A stretch of 62,014 bases of DNA from an uncultured Pseudonocardia sp. (GTDB lineage: Bacteria > Actinomycetota > Actinomycetes > Mycobacteriales > Pseudonocardiaceae), in assembly GCA_964247105.1 (NCBI GenBank), contig CAXTTN010000003.1:1-62014 (forward strand). The letters run 5' to 3'. The position numbers and the translations under genes are program-made. Under the pieces are notes generated by a model. The model worked only from the letters and a program-made list of their open reading frames with translations, was not told the DNA's origin and ran no database searches. Position 1 is the stretch's first letter; each line of letters opens with the position of its first letter. Positions 28,557 to 38,221 of this stretch are shown here, piece by piece.

Positions 28557-29777
28557 GTGCTCACCGACCTGCTCGCCGACAAGCGGCTCATCCTCACCGG
28601 GGTCGTCCGCACCGACAGCATCGCCCACGCCGTGGCCGCCCACGCCCAACGCGCCGGCGCCGAGGTGCTGCTCACCGCCTTCCCCCGCGACCACGACCTG
28701 ACCGCTGCCGCCGCCGCAGACCTACCCCGTCCGGCAGCGATCGTCGACGTCGACGTCACCGACCCGGCCGACCTCGACGGACTCTCGGAGCACCTGCGTC
28801 AGCACTGGGGGCAGGTGGACGGGGCGTTGCACGCGATCGGCTTCGCACCCCGCAACGCGCTGGGCGGCGACTTCCTCACCGCCCCGTTCGAGCAGGTCAG
28901 CACCGCCTTACACACCAGCGCCTACAGCTACGCCGCGCTAGCCCGGATCGTGCGCGAGTTCGCCCCACCCACCGGGGCCGCGCTGGTCGGTCTGGACTTC
29001 GACGCCGCCGCCGCGTGGCCGGTCTACAACTGGATGGGCGTGGCCAAAGCCGCCCTGGAATCGGTCAACCGCTACCTGGCCCGCGACCTCGGACCGGCCC
29101 GCATCCGCGCGAACCTCATCGCTGCCGGCCCTTTGCACACCCGCGCCGCCGGCGGCATCCCCGACTTCGCCCGCCTACTCGACGCCTGGGACGCCCGAGC
29201 ACCGCTGACCTGGGACTCCCACGACGCCGCCCCCGTCGCCGAGACCGCCTGCTTCCTGCTCTCCGACCACGCCCGCGCCATCACCGGCGAAATCGTGCAC
29301 GTCGACGGCGGCTACCACGCCATGGCCGCCAACCTCCACCACCAGCCCGCGCACCCCAACGCCGCCAGCATCAGCTCCCAGCTCACGACCGGCCCCACCC
29401 GACCACGCCTCATCGCCGCCTTCGACACCCTCACCCGCTACGGCATAACCGCTCTTCCCGCCGTGGGCACCGAACCTTCGACCACCCGAACCCGACTCCG
29501 CGCGGCGATCCTGCAACAGTTCCCGGACGACCTCGGCTCCTACGTCTTCTACACCGCCCCCGAGGACGCCCGATTCGACACCGACGGGAACCTCCGACAC
29601 CCCATCACACTGCATGTCAGCGGCGACGAGGTCATCCGCGCCGTGCACGCCGCCCTCGACCAGGTCGGCCTCCGCGCTGTCCCCGGCGACCACGCCGACA
29701 CCCTCGTCCTCACTACGAACCCGCCCAAGACCTCGCGAGCTGACACCGACCAAACCGTGTTCCGTCAGACGCTCTAA
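28557..29777 (+). CDS. fabI: Enoyl-ACP reductase (FabI/InhA-like) with an extra C-terminal domain
   Basis: DSIA, HAIGFAP, LDFD, YNWMGVAK, AAGP, TGEIVHVDGG, followed by about 145 additional residues. Confidence 0.88.
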   Translation: MLTDLLADKRLILTGVVRTDSIAHAVAAHAQRAGAEVLLTAFPRDHDLTAAAAADLPRPAAIVDVDVTDPADLDGLSEHLRQHWGQVDGALHAIGFAPRNALGGDFLTAPFEQVSTALHTSAYSYAALARIVREFAPPTGAALVGLDFDAAAAWPVYNWMGVAKAALESVNRYLARDLGPARIRANLIAAGPLHTRAAGGIPDFARLLDAWDARAPLTWDSHDAAPVAETACFLLSDHARAITGEIVHVDGGYHAMAANLHHQPAHPNAASISSQLTTGPTRPRLIAAFDTLTRYGITALPAVGTEPSTTRTRLRAAILQQFPDDLGSYVFYTAPEDARFDTDGNLRHPITLHVSGDEVIRAVHAALDQVGLRAVPGDHADTLVLTTNPPKTSRADTDQTVFRQTL

Positions 29778-29907
29778 GAGCGCATCCCGCAGAGGATCCC
29801 CTGACGGCAAACGCGGCGGCGGCGCTCGAGCAGGCCGGGGAAGGACGAGCCGGCGCGCAGCTTCGGGATGCGGGGCCAACCTGCGAAGTCAGGCTGAAAA
29901 GGGCTCA

Positions 29908-29949
29908 CTGCGTCCGCGGGAGCAGGAGTGGTTGCTCCCGCGGACGCAG
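29908..29949. terminator. Perfect 17-bp inverted repeat between convergent genes
   Basis: CTGCGTCCGCGGGAGCA-N8-TGCTCCCGCGGACGCAG. Confidence 0.7.
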
Positions 29950-29965
29950 AATCGGACGGGTGGGA

Positions 29966-30625
29966 TCAGCGGTCGACGGGCTGTAGAGCAACCTGCACGA
30001 ACGGCTCGGGCAGGCCCTCGACGCCGAGCTGGATGAGGCCCCGCGGCCAGTCGAACTGGTCCCAGTGCTCGTACAGCTTCCCGTTGCGGACGGTCCAGAC
30101 GTCGACGAGGTCGAACTCGATCTTCTGTCCTCGGGCTTCGATGCCGAGGAACGGGCCACCGGTCAGTGTGCCGGTGATCGTCGATCGAGTGACCACCCGG
30201 TCGCGGGTGGCGAAGGAATCCCGCACGGTGAAGCACACGTCGGGGAACGACTGGTACAGCCCGCCGAGGAAACCGATGACGCCCTCGGGCCCTTCGGGCA
30301 GCAGCGGGTTGTGCTGGATGTACCCCGGGTCGACGATCCGGTTGATCAGTCTCGTGCGCTCCTCCGCGGACCGGAGGTTCAGCGCGACGCCGCTGAACGT
30401 GCTGCCCAGCCACTGGTTGTACTCCGGGCTGTTGACCCTCCTGGGCGGTTGCTCCAGCCGGGGGGGCCGGCACTCGCCGTCGCGGGGGGCGGCGGACGTG
30501 GCGCCGGGCCGGGAGGCCCCGGCGGTCAGGGTTGGGGCGCCGGTCGCGGCGGCGGAACCGACCGTCAGCACCGTGGCGAGCGCGACCGCGCCAGCCACGG
30601 CAAGGACGCGGGGAAGCAATGCCAT
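29966..30625 (-). CDS. Secreted SnoaL-like ester cyclase family protein
   Basis: Signal peptide; YIQHNP...GPEG...FPD, DRVVTR, GKLYEHWDQFD. Confidence 0.8.
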   Translation of the reverse strand: MALLPRVLAVAGAVALATVLTVGSAAATGAPTLTAGASRPGATSAAPRDGECRPPRLEQPPRRVNSPEYNQWLGSTFSGVALNLRSAEERTRLINRIVDPGYIQHNPLLPEGPEGVIGFLGGLYQSFPDVCFTVRDSFATRDRVVTRSTITGTLTGGPFLGIEARGQKIEFDLVDVWTVRNGKLYEHWDQFDWPRGLIQLGVEGLPEPFVQVALQPVDR

Positions 30626-30683
30626 GTCGTTTCTCCTGATCGAGCGGATTCTCGTGATGGATGGGCGGGACGGGTGGGGCGGG

Positions 30684-31142
30684 TCAGCGCTGCTGGGCGC
30701 GCTTCTCCACCGCTCGGACGGTGCGGCGGAACTCGCCGCCGACGAGCGAGCCACCGACGACGGCGAGGACGGCGGCGAGGACGCGTCCGCGGAGGTTCTT
30801 GCCCTCCCGGACGATGTCGACGCGGATGGTCGTGACACCGTCCTAACCTGGGGTGAAGTGATAGGTGTGGCCGCTGTCACCACCCCACGCGTTGCTGTCC
30901 AGCGTGGTCAACCGGACCACGCCGGGGCGGGACCAGTCGTAGCGCAGGCGCTCCCACACCCCGCCGCCGGCCTTGGAGCCCTCGGTCACATCGGCCCAGT
31001 CGGTCCCGGTGGCGTGCACCTTCAGGAACTCCTCGTGGCTGTTTCCGAAGATCGCCGGGCGGTCCTTCCCGAAGTCGGTCAGGGCGTCGATGAACTGCTG
31101 CTCAGTCGCGGTCGTCGTCTCGGTGAAGTGGAGCGTGGTCAC
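30684..31142 (-). pseudogene. SRPBCC-like protein with an in-frame amber stop
   Basis: The frame continues past TAG (30843-30845) as DGVTTIRVDIVREGKNLRG to TGA at 30684. Confidence 0.7.
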
Positions 31143-31182
31143 GGGATCTTCCTTCGTCGTGGTTCGGTGGCGGGGGTGGAAC

Positions 31183-32196
31183 TCACCGCTGGTCGCGGCG
31201 GGCGGTGTTGAGCAAGGACACGGACACGTCCCACAGCCGCTCGGCTACGACGGGGTCGACGGCGTACTCACGAACACCGCGACCCTCGTGATCGGCAGGG
31301 ACCACCGGGGCTTCCTGGCAGTCGTCGACGTAGCGCCCGCCGACCCCGTCGAAGGCGGGATGGGTGGCGACGAGCACGGACGTGGCTGCTCCCTGCTCGG
31401 GAGTCTTGATCGACAGATCACCCAGGGCTCCGGCCTGTGCGGCTTCCTGCACCGCTGCGCGCTGCTGGTCGGGCCAGTGGCGCTGCAGGCCCGTCCAGAT
31501 CCCCCCGGGCATGACCGCGTTGCCCGTCACCGGCTCCGCGGCCCAGCGCCGGGTCAGGTCCACGGCGAAGAGCACGTTGGCCGTCTTCGACTGCCCGTAG
31601 GCCAGGTTCGGCTCGTAGGGGCGGCGGTCGAAGAACAGGTCGTCGAGGTGGACTGGGGACACGGCGTGGGAGCTGGAGGACAGCGACACCACCCGAGCAC
31701 CGCCTGCGTCGACGAGAGCCCGGTGCAGCCCCAGCGCGAGGGCGAAGTGCCCGAGGTGGTTGGTCGCGAACTGCAGCTCCCAGCCGTTCCGGTTGCGCTG
31801 GTACGGGGTGTCCATCACCCCGGCGTTGTTCACCAGGACGTGCAGCGGACCACGCCACGACGCGGTGAACGCTTCCACCGACGGGAGCTGCGCCAGATCG
31901 AGGTGGGACACCTGCAGGTCGGCGGCGCCGGTGCTCGCGATGATGTCGCGTCGGACGCGGTGCCCCGCCTCGACGTCGCGGACTGCGAGGGTCACCGCCG
32001 CCCCGGCGCTCGCGAACGCACGCGCGGTCTCCACGCCGATCCCCGAGGACGCGCCCGTCACGACAACCTTGCGCCCGGTCAGGTCGATCCCGCGCACCAC
32101 CTCCGCGGCCGTGCTGCTGGCGTCGAACTCGGTGGTGATCAGCGAGGACCTCGCTGCACCACCTGTCGTTCCACCGAGTGATCGCGTCATGGCCAT
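31183..32196 (-). CDS. SDR oxidoreductase (retinol dehydrogenase-like)
   Basis: TGASSGIG, NNAG, NHLGHF, YGQSK. Confidence 0.92.
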   Translation of the reverse strand: MAMTRSLGGTTGGAARSSLITTEFDASSTAAEVVRGIDLTGRKVVVTGASSGIGVETARAFASAGAAVTLAVRDVEAGHRVRRDIIASTGAADLQVSHLDLAQLPSVEAFTASWRGPLHVLVNNAGVMDTPYQRNRNGWELQFATNHLGHFALALGLHRALVDAGGARVVSLSSSSHAVSPVHLDDLFFDRRPYEPNLAYGQSKTANVLFAVDLTRRWAAEPVTGNAVMPGGIWTGLQRHWPDQQRAAVQEAAQAGALGDLSIKTPEQGAATSVLVATHPAFDGVGGRYVDDCQEAPVVPADHEGRGVREYAVDPVVAERLWDVSVSLLNTARRDQR

Positions 32197-32615
32197 GGTG
32201 CTCCTGCCGGGAGGGGAGGTCCGCACCGAAGCGGCGGAACCGGGGTAACGATGACCCCGGTCCCACCACCTCCACAGCCCCCGCTCAGTGCTCCCCCCGC
32301 CAGGGGGTCCCTCAAGAACCGGCTGCGGCTCCGCCCGCCCGCAGCCGACCGCCGTCGCACCAACAAACCCCGCCCCACCGCTTCGAGGGGTGCAGATGCC
32401 CCGGCGGCCGTGGGCGGTCTCGGCGCCTCGGGTAGGTCCGGGAGTGGATCTGCCTGATCGCCCGCACGTCCCCCGCCGAGGTCGGCCTGTCCGGGTTCTC
32501 CACCTGCTCACTGGCCACGCTGCGCGACCACCTGCTCGCCGAGGGACCCCCCTGCTCCGGAGGTACCCCTGCCAGGGGGAGCCACGGCCGGCGCTCGCCG
32601 TGGAACACTGCGACA

Positions 32616-33464
32616 GTGGGCGACCCCGCGGGCAGCAGACTCGGAGCGTTCCTACAGGCCAAACGGGCGATGCGGGACCCGCGCGCAGCGGGGATGCCCG
32701 GCGGAGGACATCGCCGGACGGCAGGACTGCGCCGTGAGGAGCTGGCCGCGCTCGCCGGGGTGTCCATCAAGTACCTGATCCGGCTCGAGCAGGGCCTGCA
32801 CCCCGAGCCCTCGGCCGGCGTGCTCGCGTCCCTGGCCACGGTCCTGGGCCTCTCCCCGGACGAGACGACGCACCTGTTCGCCCTCGCCGGGCGCTCGGAT
32901 CCACGTCTGGTGCAGCCGAGGGTCAGGGAGGTCCCTGCGCCGGTCGCGAGGCTGGTCGAGGCCGCCGGCCGGTCACCCGCAGCGGTGCTCAACCGGCGCC
33001 GCGACGTCCTAGCCCACAACCCGGCCGCAACTGCACTCTTCGGGAGCCTGCCGACGTTTCAGGCGCCCACGCCCAACCTGTTGGAGATGGTGTTCCTCGA
33101 CGCTGCTGCGCCCCGGCTGTGGGCCGAGTGGGCGCTGGTCGCCCGGGACGCCGTCGCGCACCTCCGGGACGTCGCCGCGCGCCCGTCCACTGATCCAACG
33201 GTGACGGCTGTCGTCGAGGAGCTGCGCAGATCCGCTCCCGAGTTCGGGGCCCTCTGGGCCCGCCACGACGTGCGCTGCACATGCGGTCCCACCACCGTTT
33301 TCGACCATCCCCGAGCCGGACGGCTGACCTTCACGATCAGCACGCTCGACGTGTCGGGCGGTGACCTGCAGCTTGTGGTGTACGAACCGGCCACCCCGGA
33401 CACACAGACCAGGTGGGCCGCGCATTTGGCAACCCGGCCCGACACTGCCCTGCACGTCGTCTGA
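32616..33464 (+). CDS. XRE/MmyB family regulator
   Basis: GLRREELAALAGVS..Y..RLEQG; FGALWARHDV; HPRAG. Confidence 0.9.
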   Translation: MGDPAGSRLGAFLQAKRAMRDPRAAGMPGGGHRRTAGLRREELAALAGVSIKYLIRLEQGLHPEPSAGVLASLATVLGLSPDETTHLFALAGRSDPRLVQPRVREVPAPVARLVEAAGRSPAAVLNRRRDVLAHNPAATALFGSLPTFQAPTPNLLEMVFLDAAAPRLWAEWALVARDAVAHLRDVAARPSTDPTVTAVVEELRRSAPEFGALWARHDVRCTCGPTTVFDHPRAGRLTFTISTLDVSGGDLQLVVYEPATPDTQTRWAAHLATRPDTALHVV

Positions 33465-33818
33465 GGCCCGACGGAGGACCGGGAAGATGCGGCCTGCCCG
33501 TACCCGGAAGGCCGTCCTGCTCGACTTCGACCGCGAACCTGGTCCCGAGCTACCAGGAGAGCCGTCGCCAGTGTGCCGGACCTCGCCGGGCCGGATCACC
33601 TACGTGCGCCGCGTCGACGGGCGGTAGCAGCTCAGAAAGGACCGTTCACGAGACACTCCCGCGCACCGCGCTCCTCGCGACGCAGGTGGCCACGCTGGCC
33701 GACTTCTCGCGGCGGCGGGCGCAGGCGGACTCGATGTCGCGTCGACGCAGGACCTGCGCTACCTGGTCTCACTCGCCGGTCAGTCGGGCGCCCCGCTCAC
33801 CTGCAGGCGGACTCCTGA

Positions 33819-35666
33819 TCACCTGGCCGGGCCACCGGTCTCCTCCCCGCCGTCGGATCCGAGCCGCAGGCTCAGCCGGGCCAGCGTGACCTGCGTGATG
33901 TCGTAGGGCTCGTGCAGGTCGACCCCGCAGCGCTCCTCGATCTGGCGCAGGCGGTACTTCAGGGTGTTGGGGTGCATGAACAGAGCTGCCGCCGTGGGCC
34001 CCAGGCGGCAGCCCTGGTCGAGGTAGGCGTTCAGGGTGGACAGCAACTGGCGGCTGTAGGAGGTGTCACGGAGCAGCGGAGCCAGCAGCGCGCGACCGAA
34101 CGTGACGATCTCCTCGGCCCGCTCGGAGTCGAGGAACAGCCCGAGCAGCCCGAGCTCGTCGACGGCCATGTCGACGCCCGACCGGCCGAGCCGGACGAGC
34201 GCCTGCAGGGTTCGCGTGGCGTCGCGGAACGAGCGCGGCAGTTCCTCCCACTCCGCGACGCCGCCGATGCCGCAGGTCACCACCGCCCCGTTCCGGGTGG
34301 CCGCGGCGCTGCGGCGCACCTCGGCGAGCGCTGCGTGCAGGGCGGGCAGGTCGCCTCCGCCTGCCGGCTGCCGGGTCGGCACGAGAATGGTCAACGCATC
34401 GCTCATCCGGCTGAACCGGGCCCCGGGGAGGCGGTGGTTGAGGACCGAGGCCGCGGTCCGTACGGTGTCCTGGCCGGTGCGGCCCACGGTTCGCGGTGCG
34501 CGGTCCGCGGTACTCCCGGCGGCGGCGAGCGACACCAGGAGCACACGATGGGCAACGGTGACGTCGACCCCGTAGTGGCGGGCTCGCTCGCGGAGACGCT
34601 CGGCGGTGTCGCGCCCGTGCACGAGGTCGTAGACGAAATCGGACTCGAGCCGCTCCTCTGTCGCCCGTTCGGCACGAACGCGTGCCTCGTGCACCGCGAG
34701 GACCGTGGCGGCGTGTTCGACGGCGCGGATCAGCAGGGGGTCGGCCGCCGCCTCCGCGATCTCCGCGATCACGTGGCCAACCACCTGCCGGCCGATCCGG
34801 ACATCGCGCCGGACCTCCTCGGGACGGTGCGCACGGGTCGACCCGGGATCGACCCACCCGGCGGGTTCGACGCGGATCGGCGCACGGCCGTCGGCCCCGC
34901 CGACGACGATCGGACGGCCGACGAGATCGCACACCAGCCGTGCGACGACGGCCTCGTCGGCCCCGTCGAGAACCGCGTCGTTCAGCGTGACGTGGATGCG
35001 GTGCGCCTGCTCGAGCACCCGGCTCTGTTCCGCGAGCTCGGTGTTCCTCGCGCGCAGTTCGGCGATGGTGGCCCCTCGGCTCGCGACGAGGACGCTGAGG
35101 CGCAGAGCGAGCGTCGCGTGCTGCGCGAGCACCTGCACCGTGTGCAGGTGCGCGGCCGTGAACGTCCGCGGCTCGATCCCGTACCCGTTGACCACACCGA
35201 CGACCTGGCCGCCGTCGTGCATCGGCGATGACATCAGCGAGCGCCAACCGAAGCGTTCGGCGAGGTAGCGCCAGTTCTCGTACGAGGGATCGGCCAGCGC
35301 GTCCTCGAGCACCACGACCTCGCCCGCCCGCAGGGCTCGCACGGTCGGCGACGTGGTGAACCCGAGGTCGTCGAGCGGACGGTCGAAGACCTCGTCGAGC
35401 TGCGACCGGTAGTTCTCGGGAAGGTTCGCCGAGCCGCCGATGCGGATCCGGCCCCGTCCGGGGGCCACCACGAGGACCGCACAGAAGTCGAAACCGGCCG
35501 AGTCCGCCACCGTGGCGGCGACGGTGTCGAGGATCTCGCCGAGCGGGCGCTCGGCCACGATGCTCTCGATCACCGGCGCGAACGCGAGTTCGGCGCTGGC
35601 CACGGCACCTCCTGCGCATGGTCTGATCGGACGGATCAGGGGACCCGCCGTGGTCTGTTGTGACAT
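33819..35666 (-). CDS. GAF-domain PucR/CdaR family regulator
   Basis: N-terminal GAF (SLMSSPM...GVVN); C-terminal AAALFMHPNTLKYRL. Confidence 0.88.
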   Translation of the reverse strand: MSQQTTAGPLIRPIRPCAGGAVASAELAFAPVIESIVAERPLGEILDTVAATVADSAGFDFCAVLVVAPGRGRIRIGGSANLPENYRSQLDEVFDRPLDDLGFTTSPTVRALRAGEVVVLEDALADPSYENWRYLAERFGWRSLMSSPMHDGGQVVGVVNGYGIEPRTFTAAHLHTVQVLAQHATLALRLSVLVASRGATIAELRARNTELAEQSRVLEQAHRIHVTLNDAVLDGADEAVVARLVCDLVGRPIVVGGADGRAPIRVEPAGWVDPGSTRAHRPEEVRRDVRIGRQVVGHVIAEIAEAAADPLLIRAVEHAATVLAVHEARVRAERATEERLESDFVYDLVHGRDTAERLRERARHYGVDVTVAHRVLLVSLAAAGSTADRAPRTVGRTGQDTVRTAASVLNHRLPGARFSRMSDALTILVPTRQPAGGGDLPALHAALAEVRRSAAATRNGAVVTCGIGGVAEWEELPRSFRDATRTLQALVRLGRSGVDMAVDELGLLGLFLDSERAEEIVTFGRALLAPLLRDTSYSRQLLSTLNAYLDQGCRLGPTAAALFMHPNTLKYRLRQIEERCGVDLHEPYDITQVTLARLSLRLGSDGGEETGGPAR

Positions 35667-35702
35667 TGCCGGGCGTCGCGGGTGCAGGGCAAGCTCTCCG
35701 TG

Positions 35703-36317
35703 ATGGACGTCAGGCACGAGCTCGCACGCCACTCCGCGGCGACCCTGCACGAGGCGGCAGGCAGACGTGGGGCGCTGCCTGCCCGCATCCGGGCGATGTG
35801 GACGCCGCTGCGAACCGTGGGACGGGCCGTCACGGCTGCGGTGCCCAACGGGTCGAACCTCGCGATCCACCAGGCTCTCACCGTGGCGCGGGCCGGTGAC
35901 GTGCTGGTCGTCGCGGTAGAACCCGGGCAGGAGCACGGCTACTGGGGCGACCTGCTCTCCACCAGCGCCGCGGCGCACGGGATCTCAGGCGTGGTTATCG
36001 ACGGCGGTGTCCGCGACCTCGCGGAGCTGCCGTCCCTCGGCGTCCCCGTGCACGCGACGGGACCCGCGCTGCGGGGCACGCTCAAGGAGGCCTCCGACCA
36101 GGCTGCGGTGCAGGAGCCGATCCGGCTCGGTGACGTGACGGTGCGCCCGGGTGACTGGGTGGTCGGTGACGACGACGGCGTGGTGGTGATCGCGGGGGAG
36201 GACGTCGAGGAGGTCCTGGTCCGTGCCGCGGAACGGGAGCGGACGGAGCGGACGGCACGCGCCGCGCTGCGGGCGGGGCAGACGACGCTGGAGGTGTTCG
36301 GGCTTCCCTCGCGGTGA
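35703..36317 (+). CDS. RraA/HMG aldolase family protein
   Basis: ATLHEA, GYWGDL, IDGGVRD, GDDDGVV. Confidence 0.88.
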   Translation: MDVRHELARHSAATLHEAAGRRGALPARIRAMWTPLRTVGRAVTAAVPNGSNLAIHQALTVARAGDVLVVAVEPGQEHGYWGDLLSTSAAAHGISGVVIDGGVRDLAELPSLGVPVHATGPALRGTLKEASDQAAVQEPIRLGDVTVRPGDWVVGDDDGVVVIAGEDVEEVLVRAAERERTERTARAALRAGQTTLEVFGLPSR

Positions 36318-36329
36318 CCGCTCCGGCCG

Positions 36330-37346
36330 TCATCGCGCGCCCGTCGTCGGGTCGACCAGGATCTTCCCCCGCGCTCGACCGGTGGCCAGCGGGCGCAGCG
36401 CCCGCTCGACGACGGACGCCAGCGGGACGACCCGGTCGACAACGGCGTCCCCGATGGTGCCCTCGGCCAGCAGCCGCATGGCCTCGGGCAGGTCCTCGGC
36501 GCAGACGTGCGCCGCGGACGGCACCAGGTCGACCTCCCGGCGCACGACGTCGAGCAGGGCGAGCGGCACCGGACCGGCCGGGAGGCCGACCAGCACGACG
36601 CGGCCACCGCGGCGGGACAGCGCGAGGGCGCTCGCGAGCCCGTCGGTGGTGCCGCTGGTCTCGAACACCACGTCGTGCTCGCCGGACGCGATCGGCCCGG
36701 CCGTCGCGGACGGCACCGACCAGCGCGTCGCGCCGAGGCGGCGGGCGGTCGACTCGCGGGCCGGGTCCACGTCCACCGCGGTCACCGGGCCCCGCCCCCG
36801 ACCGGCCAGTGCCGCGACGATGAGCGACCCGACGGCGCCCGCTCCCACGACGGCCGCCGCCTCCGACCCGACCGCGCTCCGGCGCACCGCGTGCACGGCG
36901 ACGGCGAGCGGTTGGGCCAGCGCCGCGTGCTCGCCGGGGCAGCCCGGCGGCACGACCAGGCAGGTGTCGGCAGGCACGGCGACGTACTCGGCCAACGCTC
37001 CGGGCACCTGGTGGCCGATCGTGACGTAGCGCTCGCACAGGTTGGTCCGGCCCCGCAGGCACTGCGGGCACGTTCCGCACGAGACCCCGCCGCCCGAGAC
37101 GACCCGGTCGCCTTCCCGCAGGTCCGCCACGCCCTCGCCCACGGCAGCCACCAGCCCCACGAGCTCGTGGCCGATGACGAGCGGTGTGACGAAGGCGTTC
37201 GGCCCGTGCCTCCACTCGTGGGCATCGGTCCCGCAGACGCCGCAGAGCAGGACCCTGACCAGCACCCAGCCTGCGGGGGGTGGGGCGGGGTCGGGGACGT
37301 CCTCCACGCGGACATCGCCCCGGCCGTGGAACACCGCCGCCTTCAT
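36330..37346 (-). CDS. Zn-dependent alcohol/polyol dehydrogenase
   Basis: CGTD, GHE, CGTCPQC...C, GAGAVG. Confidence 0.9.
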   Translation of the reverse strand: MKAAVFHGRGDVRVEDVPDPAPPPAGWVLVRVLLCGVCGTDAHEWRHGPNAFVTPLVIGHELVGLVAAVGEGVADLREGDRVVSGGGVSCGTCPQCLRGRTNLCERYVTIGHQVPGALAEYVAVPADTCLVVPPGCPGEHAALAQPLAVAVHAVRRSAVGSEAAAVVGAGAVGSLIVAALAGRGRGPVTAVDVDPARESTARRLGATRWSVPSATAGPIASGEHDVVFETSGTTDGLASALALSRRGGRVVLVGLPAGPVPLALLDVVRREVDLVPSAAHVCAEDLPEAMRLLAEGTIGDAVVDRVVPLASVVERALRPLATGRARGKILVDPTTGAR

Positions 37347-38221
37347 CGCGCACCTGCCGTCGTGCGCAGGAGGGAGAGCAGGATGCCGATGTCGGCGTCC
37401 CCGGCGCCCGCCCCGGCGGCGTCGCGCAGGCGCGTGCGGGCCGCTTCGGCGCACCGGAGCACCACACCGGCTCCGGTCGCAGAGGCGGTGGCGAGGTCCA
37501 GGTCCTTGGCGACCATGGACACCGGCCCGTCGGGTGGGAGGTCGGGCCGGAAGACATGGCCGCGTTTGTAGGCCAGGAACGGAGTGGCCATGACGCTGTG
37601 CTCGAACACGTCATAGGCGGCGGCGAGGTCCACGCCTGCCGCCGTCGCATACGCCAGCGCCTCCGCGACGGCGGTGGCGTAGACCCCGGTCACCGAGTTC
37701 AACGCCAGCTTCGTGGCCGATGCTGCGCCGACGTCGCCGACGCGGAGCCGGTGGGTGGTGAAGGGCAGTAGCACCGCCTCGACCGCGGGCAACAGTTCGG
37801 GTGCGCATCCGATGACCGCGGTCAGTGCGCCCCGCTCGGCGTGCGCCACGCTGCCCGACAGGGGGCAGTCGGCCACGGCGGGCCCCACGGCGGCGACCTG
37901 CAGCACGGTGGCGGGGTCGACGGTTCCCATGTGCACGTGCAGGTGGTCCGGCGCAGCGTGGGTGAGCAGACCGTGCTCCCCGGTCAGCGCCAGCAGGCTG
38001 GCCCGCGGATCGGGCAGGAGGCTCACCGTCACGGCGGCGTCGGCCAACGCGGCGGCGGTCGCCACGGGCCGGGCGCCTGCGCGCACGGCGCGCGACCCCG
38101 CGTCGGCCCGGGGGTCGTAGAACCAGACCTCGTACCCGGACGCCGCGAGTCGGGCGGCGATCGGGTCGCCCATGCGCCCGACGCCCAACAGGCCGATCGG
38201 TCCCACCGTCGGGCTGCTCAC
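37343..38221 (-). CDS. 3-hydroxyisobutyrate dehydrogenase-like oxidoreductase
   Basis: GVGRMG, DCPLSGS, KLALN, KDL. Confidence 0.88.
   Translation of the reverse strand: MSSPTVGPIGLLGVGRMGDPIAARLAASGYEVWFYDPRADAGSRAVRAGARPVATAAALADAAVTVSLLPDPRASLLALTGEHGLLTHAAPDHLHVHMGTVDPATVLQVAAVGPAVADCPLSGSVAHAERGALTAVIGCAPELLPAVEAVLLPFTTHRLRVGDVGAASATKLALNSVTGVYATAVAEALAYATAAGVDLAAAYDVFEHSVMATPFLAYKRGHVFRPDLPPDGPVSMVAKDLDLATASATGAGVVLRCAEAARTRLRDAAGAGAGDADIGILLSLLRTTAGAR

Noticed and set aside
33480-33800. Possible LLM fragment (ALLATQVATLADFS)
   Set aside because: Too short to call.
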